Below are positions 48,377 through 60,185 of a stretch of DNA of 64,000 nucleotides, one piece after another (within the stretch, counting starts at the first letter, position 1; each line of letters begins with the position of its first letter). The stretch lies in the sequence record PQ015378.1, one strand, 5' to 3'. The translations under genes and the position numbers were made by a program. The notes beneath the pieces were generated by a model. That model was not told where the DNA came from. It did no database searches and saw only the letters and a list, made by a program, of their open reading frames with translations.

Positions 48377-49011
48377 AAAAGCTCTGGAATCGTTTTCTGG
48401 TTGCCATTGGCTTCCGTAAACCCAATCCCCACAACATGTCCGCTCAAGATATCAGCCTGGGGGAAGTTCCCAATCCCAGTCCCATCGCTGGCGCCCCTGA
48501 AGTCTTTCGTACAACCCCAGCCGAGCGAGGACCCCTCGAACTACCACGCTCTACCACCCGGCGGGTTGTTACACCTCCCCGCTTCAGTGGTGGCGACAGC
48601 CGTTCACGTCCACTACCTGCAAGTTATGGCAGACAGGCGTCGCCGTCCTCGAACAGTAACAGTCAGGTACAACGGGACGGGCGACCCGATGACCTACTGG
48701 ACGGACTTACTGCATTCGTCGTGGCAAGCGCATTGCTTGGCGGAGACGAAGAGAAAGCAGCGGTACCAGAGTCTCGGCCTGTTATAGCGGAAGAAACCTC
48801 TACCAGCTACCAAGAACAAATCACTCAGAACCAGCGGGAGTATTCCAACCGTTGGGCCGAAGCACAACGTCCTGAACCGGTATCGCGTACCACCAGCTTC
48901 GATGACGATCGTTCAGCCAGCTACGGTAGTGGCAGTGGTTCGGACAACAACCGCAGTAATGATTTGCCATCCTCTTCGTGGGATGGTGGTGGTTCCAGCT
49001 GGGACGACTGA
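48373..49011 (+). CDS. Low-complexity protein with Ser/Gly/Asp-rich C-terminus
   Basis: ATGA overlap; ends SSSWDGGGSSWDD. Confidence 0.7.
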   Translation: MKKLWNRFLVAIGFRKPNPHNMSAQDISLGEVPNPSPIAGAPEVFRTTPAERGPLELPRSTTRRVVTPPRFSGGDSRSRPLPASYGRQASPSSNSNSQVQRDGRPDDLLDGLTAFVVASALLGGDEEKAAVPESRPVIAEETSTSYQEQITQNQREYSNRWAEAQRPEPVSRTTSFDDDRSASYGSGSGSDNNRSNDLPSSSWDGGGSSWDD

Positions 49012-49018
49012 ATAAACC

Positions 49019-49040
49019 GGCTCCCTTCGGGGAGCCTTTT
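49019..49040 (+). terminator. Intrinsic terminator
   Basis: GGCTCCC-ttcg-GGGAGCC-tttt. Confidence 0.8.
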
Positions 49041-49059
49041 GCCCTTAAGAGGAAACGAA

Positions 49060-49329
49060 ATGAAAACTGGCCAATCTAAACTGTTCCGCAAGCTCGCACT
49101 CAATCGCCGCTCTAACCGCATCAACCACACGGTGTACGGCGGTGTTCCTACGGACGAGATCGAACCAATCAAGGACTACTTCAAAGCTCGGACCATTCCT
49201 AAGACTGTGTCTGGACCCGACTCGGAAGGCTACTACCACGTGAAGTGCGGTAGCTTCCACGGTAGCTCTGGACCATTCCCATGGATGAATATCAACACGA
49301 ACGCACTGAAAGAAGTACTGGGTTCTTAA
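49060..49329 (+). CDS. Hypothetical protein (89 aa)
   Basis: SD GAGGA. Confidence 0.7.
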   Translation: MKTGQSKLFRKLALNRRSNRINHTVYGGVPTDEIEPIKDYFKARTIPKTVSGPDSEGYYHVKCGSFHGSSGPFPWMNINTNALKEVLGS

Positions 49330-49357
49330 ATCTTCTGTATTTAACAGGAGCAATGCA

Positions 49358-49983
49358 ATGACCGTTTTATCGGACAAACAAATCAAACAGCGGGCATCTG
49401 ATCCAGAACGTCCCATGATCACCCCTTTCTACAATCGCTCTGTCAAGGAAGCGAAAGGTGAGAAGATCGCAAGTTTCGGTGTCTCGTCTGCGGGTTACGA
49501 TATCCGTGCAGCAGAAGAGTTCATGATCTTCACCCCAGTCAAAGAAACACTGTGGGAACGGATCAAAGCTTTCTTCACCGGCAAGAAGAAGAAGTCGAAC
49601 CGCTCGACTACAAGAAGATGGACGAATCCCAGTTCACGAAAGTGTCTGGTCCAAAGGTTATCGTTCCTCCGGGTGGTTTCCTGCTGGCTCGTTCGATGGA
49701 ATACGTCGACATGCCACGTGACGTGGTAGCCCTGTGTATCGGTAAGTCCACCATCGCCCGTGCGGGTTGGAACTGCCTGTGCACCCCAATCGAACCAGGT
49801 TGGGATGGCTACATCACTCTGGAGTTCCAAAACACCACTGACCGTCCGAACACCTTCTACGCCAATGAAGGCTGCCTGCAGCTCGTGTTCCTGCAACTGG
49901 GTACCGAGTGCGATGTATCTTACGCTGATCGCGGTGGTAAGTACAACGGTCAAGCCAAGCGTATCGTTCTCCCACGTGTTTAA
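49358..49983 (+). pseudogene. dcd: dCTP deaminase split by a -1 frameshift near 49583-49595
   Basis: N-part VLSD..I...SFG.SS.GYDIR is in one frame; C-part VPPG.F.LARS.EY...GKST.AR...PIEPGW.G.ITLE is in the -1 frame. 626 nt, one base short of in-frame. Confidence 0.8.
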
Positions 49984-49988
49984 TCTTC

Positions 49989-50010
49989 GCCTCCCTTCGG
50001 GGAGGCCTTA
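49989..50010 (+). terminator. Hairpin terminator
   Basis: GCCTCCC-ttcg-GGGAGGC-ctta. Confidence 0.7.
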
Positions 50011-50023
50011 TTCCGAGGTGCAT

Positions 50024-53011
<2,988 letters not shown>

Positions 53012-53013
<2 letters not shown>

Positions 53014-53045
53014 CATAGAGCGGGCCTTCGGGCCCGCCTTATGCC
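53012..53045 (+). terminator. Hairpin terminator
   Basis: gacata..GCGGGCC-ttcg-GGCCCGC-cttatgcc, then a T-rich tract. Confidence 0.8.
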
Positions 53046-53075
53046 GTTTTCTTTTTATTCAAAACGATTAGAAAC

Positions 53076-53091
53076 CTATATTACAATCATG
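53076..53091 (+). promoter_or_regulatory. Putative early promoter
   Basis: CTATATTAC-N5-TG. Confidence 0.7.
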
Positions 53092-53119
53092 ACTCTAATC
53101 CGCTAAAAGGAGCTTTACC

Positions 53120-54127
53120 ATGGCTGTTGCTAAACGTTTGCTGGAATCTCGGCGTGAATGGATCTCGCGTGTACTGTCTACCGAATCGGTTGACTACTGT
53201 TTGATCCGTCACAAAGTCACTGGCGAAGAATGGCTGGTGTTCACAGAATCCCGTCCTGGTTCCCACTCACCTGATCTCGGTGGGCACCGCCTGAGTGCCG
53301 GTCCAGAGATCGGTCGCATGGTTGTAGAAGAGAAGCGGTTGAAAGACTGCGAGATCGAGTTCTACACCTACGATCCGAAACCAAAGCTGTCTGGTGTGAT
53401 CCACGATGGTACTGGTAAGGAACTGCGTGACAAGATCTACGGTCTCGAATCCAGCCACAAGCTACCACGCTATAAAGGAAAGCATCTGTTCACCGACCCA
53501 CATGGTCGCCGTTGGTTCATGTTCACCGACACCACTCCGTCGCGCCACAACATGACACGTGATCCGGTATTGTTCAAGCTGACCTGTGAACGTGGCATCG
53601 AAAACTACGGTGGTCAGGGCTGGATGTCGATGGAACACATCCATCTCTACAAAGGTACGTGGCACTTCGAGAATCTGGACAACCCACCGGTGTTGCTCGA
53701 CGAAACCGCCAGGATGAACCTGGCTGGTACGATCCAGATTTCTGAGCAGCATGCCAAGCTCTACACCATCGAAGAAACCTGCGATCGCGACACGGCTACC
53801 TTCACTGTCAAGGGCCAGAAAGATGGCTATGCTTGTGACATCAAGCATTACAAACTTACGCTGCACCTTAAAGGTCTGTGTAAAGAAACTCAGGCTCTTG
53901 ATATTGCCGACATCATTCACATGATCTGCAGGATCGAGTTCAACCAACAAGAAGTGGTATTCCGTGAATCGGAACTCCGCATCGAATATGACGAGCGTGG
54001 TCCGATGTTCGCGTCGTCCGTTCGCAGTAACTGTGGTGCGCGTTACTACAACACCATGAGTACGTCCAAACAGAACTGGTCGTACGTCTCGGTTACCCGT
54101 GCTGCCCTCTCCCGCAACTTCGCCTAA
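53120..54127 (+). CDS. Hypothetical early protein (335 aa)
   Basis: SD AAGGAG. Confidence 0.8.
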   Translation: MAVAKRLLESRREWISRVLSTESVDYCLIRHKVTGEEWLVFTESRPGSHSPDLGGHRLSAGPEIGRMVVEEKRLKDCEIEFYTYDPKPKLSGVIHDGTGKELRDKIYGLESSHKLPRYKGKHLFTDPHGRRWFMFTDTTPSRHNMTRDPVLFKLTCERGIENYGGQGWMSMEHIHLYKGTWHFENLDNPPVLLDETARMNLAGTIQISEQHAKLYTIEETCDRDTATFTVKGQKDGYACDIKHYKLTLHLKGLCKETQALDIADIIHMICRIEFNQQEVVFRESELRIEYDERGPMFASSVRSNCGARYYNTMSTSKQNWSYVSVTRAALSRNFA

Positions 54128-54139
54128 AAGGAAACAACC

Positions 54140-55069
54140 ATGAACTTCTTCAAATCGCGTCACAAGTTCTTCCGTGAGCGTCTGGCTAGTGCCGGTTCTC
54201 GCAAGTGCCTCACTTTCCGCATGGATGGTGAAACCATGTGGTACTGGGTTGATTCCCACGGTCAGGAGTGGGTATCTGATGAACGCCTGAACATCGTTCC
54301 GTTCGACCACGTCAAGGTACCGAACAATTACGAGAACACCATCTCGATGAAGGTGAGCTCGGATTACCAGGTCAACCGTATCATCAACTGCGTAGCGTTC
54401 CTGAACATGCGCCAGTACGGTGGCAACGATGTCGTCAAGCTCTACAACATGCCAGACAACGAATGGTACTTCGGTAAGATCACCTGTGATCACGAAGACT
54501 ACCTGAAGGTGTTCTCCGACAAACACCTGGCCTGGTTCGAAGTTCCACAACGTCTGATCGCGAATCTGCGGGGAGGTTACGTTACTGATCAGGAAACCTT
54601 CGGTCAAATCTATCCTCACCCGTACTCGATGGAGATCATCGATTGGTCGAACCTGCGTCGTCCTTCCACCAGCAAGCTTCCAATGCTGGAGTTCATCGAT
54701 ACCGAGAACACCGATGAAGCCGCACTCACCATGCTGGTTCCAGTTCCAGCAATGCCAGGCCTGAAAGATCACGTTCAGAAGAAGGTCATCTTCAACCTGA
54801 GCCACATCGACGACTCGTCGCTGCCTGTGTTCAACCTGAAGGAGATCGGTGAAGCGATCAAGTACATGCGTCACGAAGTTCGGGACTACAAGCTGGACCT
54901 GAACAAGCTGTACGTTCGTTTCGGCAAGAATCCCACTGCGTGCCGGGTGATGGACCTGATCAAGGACTATCCGAACCACCGCTTCTACTGCAGTGGTACT
55001 CCGCAAAGGCGCGACAAAGAAAACCACGTCGTCTGCAACACTGTTCCTGACAACTACCCAAAGGACTAA
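54140..55069 (+). CDS. Hypothetical early protein (309 aa)
   Basis: SD AAGGA. Confidence 0.8.
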   Translation: MNFFKSRHKFFRERLASAGSRKCLTFRMDGETMWYWVDSHGQEWVSDERLNIVPFDHVKVPNNYENTISMKVSSDYQVNRIINCVAFLNMRQYGGNDVVKLYNMPDNEWYFGKITCDHEDYLKVFSDKHLAWFEVPQRLIANLRGGYVTDQETFGQIYPHPYSMEIIDWSNLRRPSTSKLPMLEFIDTENTDEAALTMLVPVPAMPGLKDHVQKKVIFNLSHIDDSSLPVFNLKEIGEAIKYMRHEVRDYKLDLNKLYVRFGKNPTACRVMDLIKDYPNHRFYCSGTPQRRDKENHVVCNTVPDNYPKD

Positions 55070-55072
55070 TCC

Positions 55073-56359
55073 ATGAAAGCTATCTGCCGTGCTATCCGTG
55101 AGTTCTTCTACGGACCAACCGATGTGACCCCTCCGGCCCCATCGCCGGATAACCCGCCAGTAGAAACCTTCTGCCGAACCAACCGCTTTGCCGAGTGGTT
55201 GGAAAGCATGGAGAAGGACGTCAAGGCCATCCATGCCCAACTCGTTCAAGTCAAGTGCTACGATGACCCAGTGTTGTATCGTTGCGTAATCGGTAACGGC
55301 TTTGATGAGGACCGTATTGGTCACTCGATCTGGTTCAACTGCGACACGATGAAACCTATCTCGGTGGGTGAGTTGTTCCGCAAGGGTATCGAGTCGGGCG
55401 AGTACGGCTCCTGGGAAAAGCAACGCATCGATGATCGTGCCCCGTACGAGAAACTGCGGCATGATCGTGAAAAACCTGATCCGCGTGAGCACGTGTGTAT
55501 CCCTCGCTTTACCAATAACGTACAGTATGAACTGAGGAGCGGGTATGAGAATTACTTGCACCATTTCTATCGAGATCATCCCCGGGCCGCAGAAAGTGAA
55601 TGTTGGAGTGCTCTGGGTGTACAGTGGTTCAAGCGTTGGGATCTGGCAAAAGACTGGAACCAGTATCCGGCGGTGGTTGGGGGTGACTGGGAGGATGGTA
55701 TCCTGGTTCTCGAAAAGATCGATGATGTAACCACCCTGTTCTCAGACCTCGAGGTTACCGGTGCATCAATCGGCTTCCGCGTGTTGGATCGTGAGACTGG
55801 TAAAGTGCAGTCGACCTTCCGCGTGCCGAAGTATGTCGCCCGCGTGTGGTTCCGCAAGAACGTCAAGACGCTGGAGTTCTGGAACACGACCACGAAGGCC
55901 ATACAGCCATTGTTCGACCCAATCCGAGTCAGAGCCCTGGCCAACGACGAAGAGCATGGTACAGAGGCCTACGTGGCTCTGGTACCGGGTAAGCACAAGG
56001 ATACCTTCACTCGGACTCGCTTCCGGGTCGAAGTTGATTCCGAACTGCTGCATGCGGGTACCATCTGCAAACTGACCACGCTCTACAAGAACGTGGCCAA
56101 ACGTTTGCTGCTGGAAGGCGCTGCCTATGATGGCAAGCTGTACGTCGACAACTTCCACTACATGCGTAACGACGGTACGGAACACTCTCCTGATCCAGCC
56201 GGGTTCTCCACCATCGGTGCTGAGCCATACTACGATCGTCGGGAACGTGTCCACCGCTCGAAGTTCAAGCATGCTCGTGAGGGCCATCTGCAGGAAGTAG
56301 AATCCAGCGGTCCGTTCCTGATCACCAACCAGGACTTCCCAGAGGAACCTATCTACTGA
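55073..56359 (+). CDS. Hypothetical early protein (428 aa)
   Basis: SD AAGGA. Confidence 0.8.
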   Translation: MKAICRAIREFFYGPTDVTPPAPSPDNPPVETFCRTNRFAEWLESMEKDVKAIHAQLVQVKCYDDPVLYRCVIGNGFDEDRIGHSIWFNCDTMKPISVGELFRKGIESGEYGSWEKQRIDDRAPYEKLRHDREKPDPREHVCIPRFTNNVQYELRSGYENYLHHFYRDHPRAAESECWSALGVQWFKRWDLAKDWNQYPAVVGGDWEDGILVLEKIDDVTTLFSDLEVTGASIGFRVLDRETGKVQSTFRVPKYVARVWFRKNVKTLEFWNTTTKAIQPLFDPIRVRALANDEEHGTEAYVALVPGKHKDTFTRTRFRVEVDSELLHAGTICKLTTLYKNVAKRLLLEGAAYDGKLYVDNFHYMRNDGTEHSPDPAGFSTIGAEPYYDRRERVHRSKFKHAREGHLQEVESSGPFLITNQDFPEEPIY

Positions 56360-56378
56360 AAATAAACAGTTTATAGGG

Positions 56379-56394
56379 CTATATCACAACTGTG
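56379..56394 (+). promoter_or_regulatory. Putative early promoter
   Basis: CTATATCAC-N5-TG. Confidence 0.65.
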
Positions 56395-56397
56395 ACT

Positions 56398-56424
56398 AAA
56401 GCCGCCCTCATGGCGGCTTTATGC
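56398..56424 (+). terminator. Hairpin directly after the promoter
   Basis: aaa-GCCGCC-ctcat-GGCGGC-tttatgc. Confidence 0.6.
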
Positions 56425-56732
56425 CGCAATCTAATAGGTACATTGACATGTTACAACTTACTCGCTGGAAAGCGTCCGTACAAGCTGTGGCTAGCCTCTA
56501 CCTTACTGGCAGCCACCAGGACGTCGTTCGTGGTGTGGTAAAGCATTTAAACATTCTGTTCAACACACAGTTCGCGCTTAGTCCTGAAGTTGAACGTGCG
56601 ATTGCTGTATTAGAAACGTTGACTAAACAAATCGGTGCCATGTTCGATCATCACCAGGAAGACTACTCGGTAGCCCCTGATGTTCGCATGACCTTCATCG
56701 AGATGCAGCTGTCACGATACACGCTCCAGTAA
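56421..56732 (+). CDS. Hypothetical protein
   Basis: Start 56421 or 56448; atypical codons. Confidence 0.55.
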   Translation: MPQSNRYIDMLQLTRWKASVQAVASLYLTGSHQDVVRGVVKHLNILFNTQFALSPEVERAIAVLETLTKQIGAMFDHHQEDYSVAPDVRMTFIEMQLSRYTLQ

Positions 56733-56775
56733 GCGCTACTGGGGCTCAAGATAATCAAACACTTGGAGGTGCCCC

Positions 56776-57138
56776 ATGAGAGCAATGTACCTGAACCTGA
56801 CCGATAACACTCTCACCTACGAAGACATGCAAGGTCTGGGTGATTCAGTCGATGGTCTTAAATTCACTCTGGTTGATCGCTTCACCCGTAAGCCGGTTGA
56901 CCTGCCTGTAAACATCACCGCTCGTGATACTCGCCACGAAGGTGTAGCTGTTTCCACTGTCACCCTGCACTCGGACGGTAAGTCCACTCTGCAGGCTCTG
57001 TACAACTGGTGGAACAAATGCGAGATCTACGAAGTTGAAGTGGAGTGGTATCACATCGCTTCGGCTAAAGTCGAGATCCGTGTTAAAGGTAACGAGCATC
57101 ACATCGTTCGTTACGCTCTGAAGATCGAAAAGGCATAA
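56776..57138 (+). CDS. Hypothetical protein
   Basis: SD GGAGGTG. Confidence 0.8.
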   Translation: MRAMYLNLTDNTLTYEDMQGLGDSVDGLKFTLVDRFTRKPVDLPVNITARDTRHEGVAVSTVTLHSDGKSTLQALYNWWNKCEIYEVEVEWYHIASAKVEIRVKGNEHHIVRYALKIEKA

Positions 57139-57149
57139 AGTTCAGTAAT

Positions 57150-57204
57150 GGACACCTCTGACCGTAACTGGTTAGGGGTGTCCACCTGTATCCTTTTCTT
57201 TTTT
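57150..57204 (+). terminator. Long-stem terminator
   Basis: 14-bp stem GGACACCTCTGACC/GGTTAGGGGTGTCC with two G.U pairs; T-rich tract downstream. Confidence 0.75.
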
Positions 57205-57291
57205 ACTGACGTCCCTCTAAGTATAGGTGAAGGAACCCCACTAAGGAACAAGGAGGGGGCTTTTTACTGTGTTAATCAGTTACGTCAGTAA
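57203..57291 (+). promoter_or_regulatory. Dyad-symmetric regulatory element or small structured RNA
   Basis: TTACTGACGT/ACGTCAGTAA inverted repeat enclosing the 18-nt motif shared with 3155-3172. Confidence 0.45.
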
Positions 57292-57318
57292 CCATCCTTA
57301 TTCGAGGTAATCATACCC

Positions 57319-57642
57319 ATGCAAATCCGTATCCCCGTTCTCCCACGTGAAGAGCAACTGACCATCCCAGAAGATCACAACTTCGAGATCACTCACTGCA
57401 CGCTCGTGGAAGTAGACGGAGAAGTCTCCAAGAACTTCATTGCAGCTAACGAAATGCAGATCCCAGGGATCTATCAACGTACGATCTATTTCAAAGGTCG
57501 TAACGAATCCCTGCGTATCGGCATGTTGCTCGTTGATCTGGAACAGCGGCTTTATAGTCTGAAGGTCGACGACCCAATGTCTCGACCAGCAGGGCTGGAT
57601 ATCCAGCTTACCCTCAAACTCACCACCAAGGAACAGCCATGA
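57319..57642 (+). CDS. Hypothetical protein
   Basis: SD GAGGT. Confidence 0.75.
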   Translation: MQIRIPVLPREEQLTIPEDHNFEITHCTLVEVDGEVSKNFIAANEMQIPGIYQRTIYFKGRNESLRIGMLLVDLEQRLYSLKVDDPMSRPAGLDIQLTLKLTTKEQP

Positions 57643-58118
57643 CCGAAATGACCATTCGCCGTATGCCCATCGATGACGATCACACCAAGCGTCTGATCGT
57701 ACAAGTTCCCGTCGAAGGCAAGCTCGATGTCTATCAGCTGAACGACGTCATCCCCCATGATACTGGTTGGGCTGTGGAATGGATCACACCCGTGCAAGTG
57801 TCACAACAGTACACCGGTGTTCCTGCACCTCACATGACTTTCGTAGTCCGCCCCGCGTCCAGTGACGAAGAGCTGGTCATGAATGGCGGGCAGCGCACCC
57901 AGTACGTGGATGTGTTCTACGAACTGTCGTTGGTACAGACTTTTGCGATCAATGGTCGTACGGGTCGTATCGTTGCAGCAGCTCCCTACCAACAAGTCGG
58001 GGATGGCATGAAGGACCTCACGGTTCTTTCGTCGACAATGGCCTTCCTGGTGCAGTTCAAAGCACCGGATGATGAAGATACTGAAAACTCCCTTACCCAT
58101 AAGTTTCAACAATCGTGA
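57639..58118 (+). CDS. Hypothetical protein
   Basis: ATGA overlap; SD AAGGA. Confidence 0.75.
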   Translation: MTEMTIRRMPIDDDHTKRLIVQVPVEGKLDVYQLNDVIPHDTGWAVEWITPVQVSQQYTGVPAPHMTFVVRPASSDEELVMNGGQRTQYVDVFYELSLVQTFAINGRTGRIVAAAPYQQVGDGMKDLTVLSSTMAFLVQFKAPDDEDTENSLTHKFQQS

Positions 58119-58119
58119 C

Positions 58120-58458
58120 ATGGTGTCTGGGCGGAGCAGTAGCCTCGCCCACCTGGGGTCGAAAGATCACCAGTTCATAGATGCCAATGTCGTCAGCCTA
58201 ACCCAAGGGCCACAGTCTTACGAATCCGAGTTGGACTTCTATAAGGAGCCTGGCTTAGAGTTCCCTACCAAAGTTGTTTTCACTTTCTTTGATCGTATCC
58301 AGAACTACCCCGTGGCGGAACTGGAAGTAGAACTCAGGAACAAGCAGCTGCGGTGGATCAAACCGTGGACGCATTATCGCACCACGCCGTTCGATGTAGA
58401 GTTGGAACTGATACAGGACTTGGATATCCTTCAACACCAATGGAGCATAGCCGTCTAA
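58120..58458 (+). CDS. Hypothetical protein
   Basis: ATG 58120 follows the upstream stop; start uncertain. Confidence 0.6.
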   Translation: MVSGRSSSLAHLGSKDHQFIDANVVSLTQGPQSYESELDFYKEPGLEFPTKVVFTFFDRIQNYPVAELEVELRNKQLRWIKPWTHYRTTPFDVELELIQDLDILQHQWSIAV

Positions 58459-58874
58459 TGATTGAAGTTCAACTACAGCTCTACCACGACTTCGAAGGAT
58501 GTCTGGAAGACTTTGTTCGCGGTACCGAGGATAAGACGTTGGGTAAGCCTTTCTGGATTACTCCGGGTCTAACATTCGAAACCGATGGACAACCAATCCA
58601 CGCCTTCAAGACCGTGCCAACCCTACACTCTTACGAGGGTGTGAAGGAATTCAAGATTTGGGATAAGCGGATGCAATCGAAGATCAAGCTTGTGGCTACG
58701 ATCACGATTGATACAGCGACGAACACGTACCGGGTTAACCTGGAGGAATACTATCGTCGACGTAGGTTGAACACAACCATGCATGTTCATGGAAACTACA
58801 ACCGTCCGCCTGCACCTGTGGCATTCCACAACAAGACCCATCATGGTGACTGGGTCTGGGATAACACGATCTGA
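58458..58874 (+). CDS. Hypothetical protein
   Basis: TAATG coupling; start revised to 58458. Confidence 0.7.
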   Translation: MIEVQLQLYHDFEGCLEDFVRGTEDKTLGKPFWITPGLTFETDGQPIHAFKTVPTLHSYEGVKEFKIWDKRMQSKIKLVATITIDTATNTYRVNLEEYYRRRRLNTTMHVHGNYNRPPAPVAFHNKTHHGDWVWDNTI

Positions 58875-59026
58875 TGAAAAAGTCCGAATACGCGGCACAA
58901 CTGGAAGAGATCCTAGAAACCAACAAAGAGCTGCTCAATCGAATCTCGGCACACGTCAAGACCGAAGCAGCTCTGCGTGAACGTATCGCGGAACTCGAAG
59001 CCCAACTTCCCAAGCAAAGGAAATAA
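58874..59026 (+). CDS. Small coiled-coil protein (50 aa; not in ORF track)
   Basis: TGATG coupling; MKKSEYAAQLEEILETNKELLNRISAHVKTEAALRERIAELEAQLPKQRK. Confidence 0.7.
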   Translation: MKKSEYAAQLEEILETNKELLNRISAHVKTEAALRERIAELEAQLPKQRK

Positions 59027-59029
59027 GTC

Positions 59030-59494
59030 ATGCTCTATCCTGTCGTAAAGCGTTCCCTCTTCGAAGAGTGCGGTATTGACCTCGGTGAAAACCGCTACTA
59101 CAAAGAAGACTCCGTTGACCAACACGTGATCGAGAAGATCATCCTGACCCACGCCGAATGGCTGTCGAAAGATCAGACCGGGGCTATCGTGGGTTACGAT
59201 CCGGAAACCCATATCCAGATCGGTTGCCGGTTGGTACTCAGCCAGGACAACACTGCTCACCCTGATGACATCTTCTGGGTGAGCATGGAAGGTGATGAAC
59301 GTTCGACCATGTTCGAACTCCTGCAGGAAGGTATCCAATCCGTGGTCAACATGTCGGCTAATACCCACATGTACACCATCCGTGATCAGGTGAAACGCGG
59401 CTGGGCGATGGGTACTGACATCGACGGAAAGCCAGTTGCATTGTGCGCGAACTTCGTGTTTGTTGTAGACGGAATCATGCGTCGGGGTAAGTAA
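59030..59494 (+). CDS. Hypothetical protein
   Basis: SD AAGGA; 154 aa. Confidence 0.75.
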   Translation: MLYPVVKRSLFEECGIDLGENRYYKEDSVDQHVIEKIILTHAEWLSKDQTGAIVGYDPETHIQIGCRLVLSQDNTAHPDDIFWVSMEGDERSTMFELLQEGIQSVVNMSANTHMYTIRDQVKRGWAMGTDIDGKPVALCANFVFVVDGIMRRGK

Positions 59495-59545
59495 AAGCTT
59501 ACTCCAGTGCTATTATATTCTGAACTATAACCGAGAGGTAACGTG

Positions 59546-59914
59546 ATGCAATGTTTAACACACGTACTGAGGCCGTTGCTGTTTATAGCCGCCTTGGCGG
59601 TAACAGGAAACGCAATTGCCAAAGATGTGGTTGTTGACGAGCTGTTCTGCGATAGTCTGGCTTTGATGTCTAAAGCTGGTGCAGAAGCGAAGCAACGCGG
59701 AGAGTCCGAAGCCAAGTGGCGCTCCAACCTCATCGCCCTCAGGGGCTACGTTGTGAAGAACAAAGATAACGTTCTTTACAGCATTCTTCCGAAAGTGCAG
59801 GAAGAGGTCAGCACTGTTTACAGCGCTCGCCGTACACCGATCGATACCTACATCGCCTCATACAACAACTGCATGGGCAACGAGTACGGTAACGTCGTGA
59901 CACTTAACTACTGA
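59546..59914 (+). CDS. Exported/periplasmic protein with two Cys in the mature part
   Basis: Signal peptide ending AIA; SD GAGGT. Confidence 0.7.
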   Translation: MQCLTHVLRPLLFIAALAVTGNAIAKDVVVDELFCDSLALMSKAGAEAKQRGESEAKWRSNLIALRGYVVKNKDNVLYSILPKVQEEVSTVYSARRTPIDTYIASYNNCMGNEYGNVVTLNY

Positions 59915-59920
59915 CGTATT

Positions 59921-59944
59921 GCCCCCACGTGGGGCTTTATGTCC
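59921..59944 (+). terminator. Hairpin of the TTATG family
   Basis: GCCCC-cacgt-GGGGC-tttatgtcc. Confidence 0.55.
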
Positions 59945-59957
59945 GCTCGGGGGTTCT

Positions 59958-60185
59958 ATGTGTTATCCAGATGCTATTCTGGCATTCATTGCCGGTGGTT
60001 CAATTGTTGTTCTGTTGATTTGCTGTGGACTCATTTTGGCGTCAATCGCTTCGGCGGCAAATGACCTTCCGCGCTTTGTTTACAAGGCGGTACCTATCGT
60101 CCTGGTTATCTGGGTAGTTTGTATTTTCTGGATATTCGTTCGTTGGCCGATATGCTACTATTGGTTTGGAGTAAGTGTATCATGA
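59958..60185 (+). CDS. Two-TM membrane protein
   Basis: 75 aa, hydrophobic. Confidence 0.65.
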   Translation: MCYPDAILAFIAGGSIVVLLICCGLILASIASAANDLPRFVYKAVPIVLVIWVVCIFWIFVRWPICYYWFGVSVS

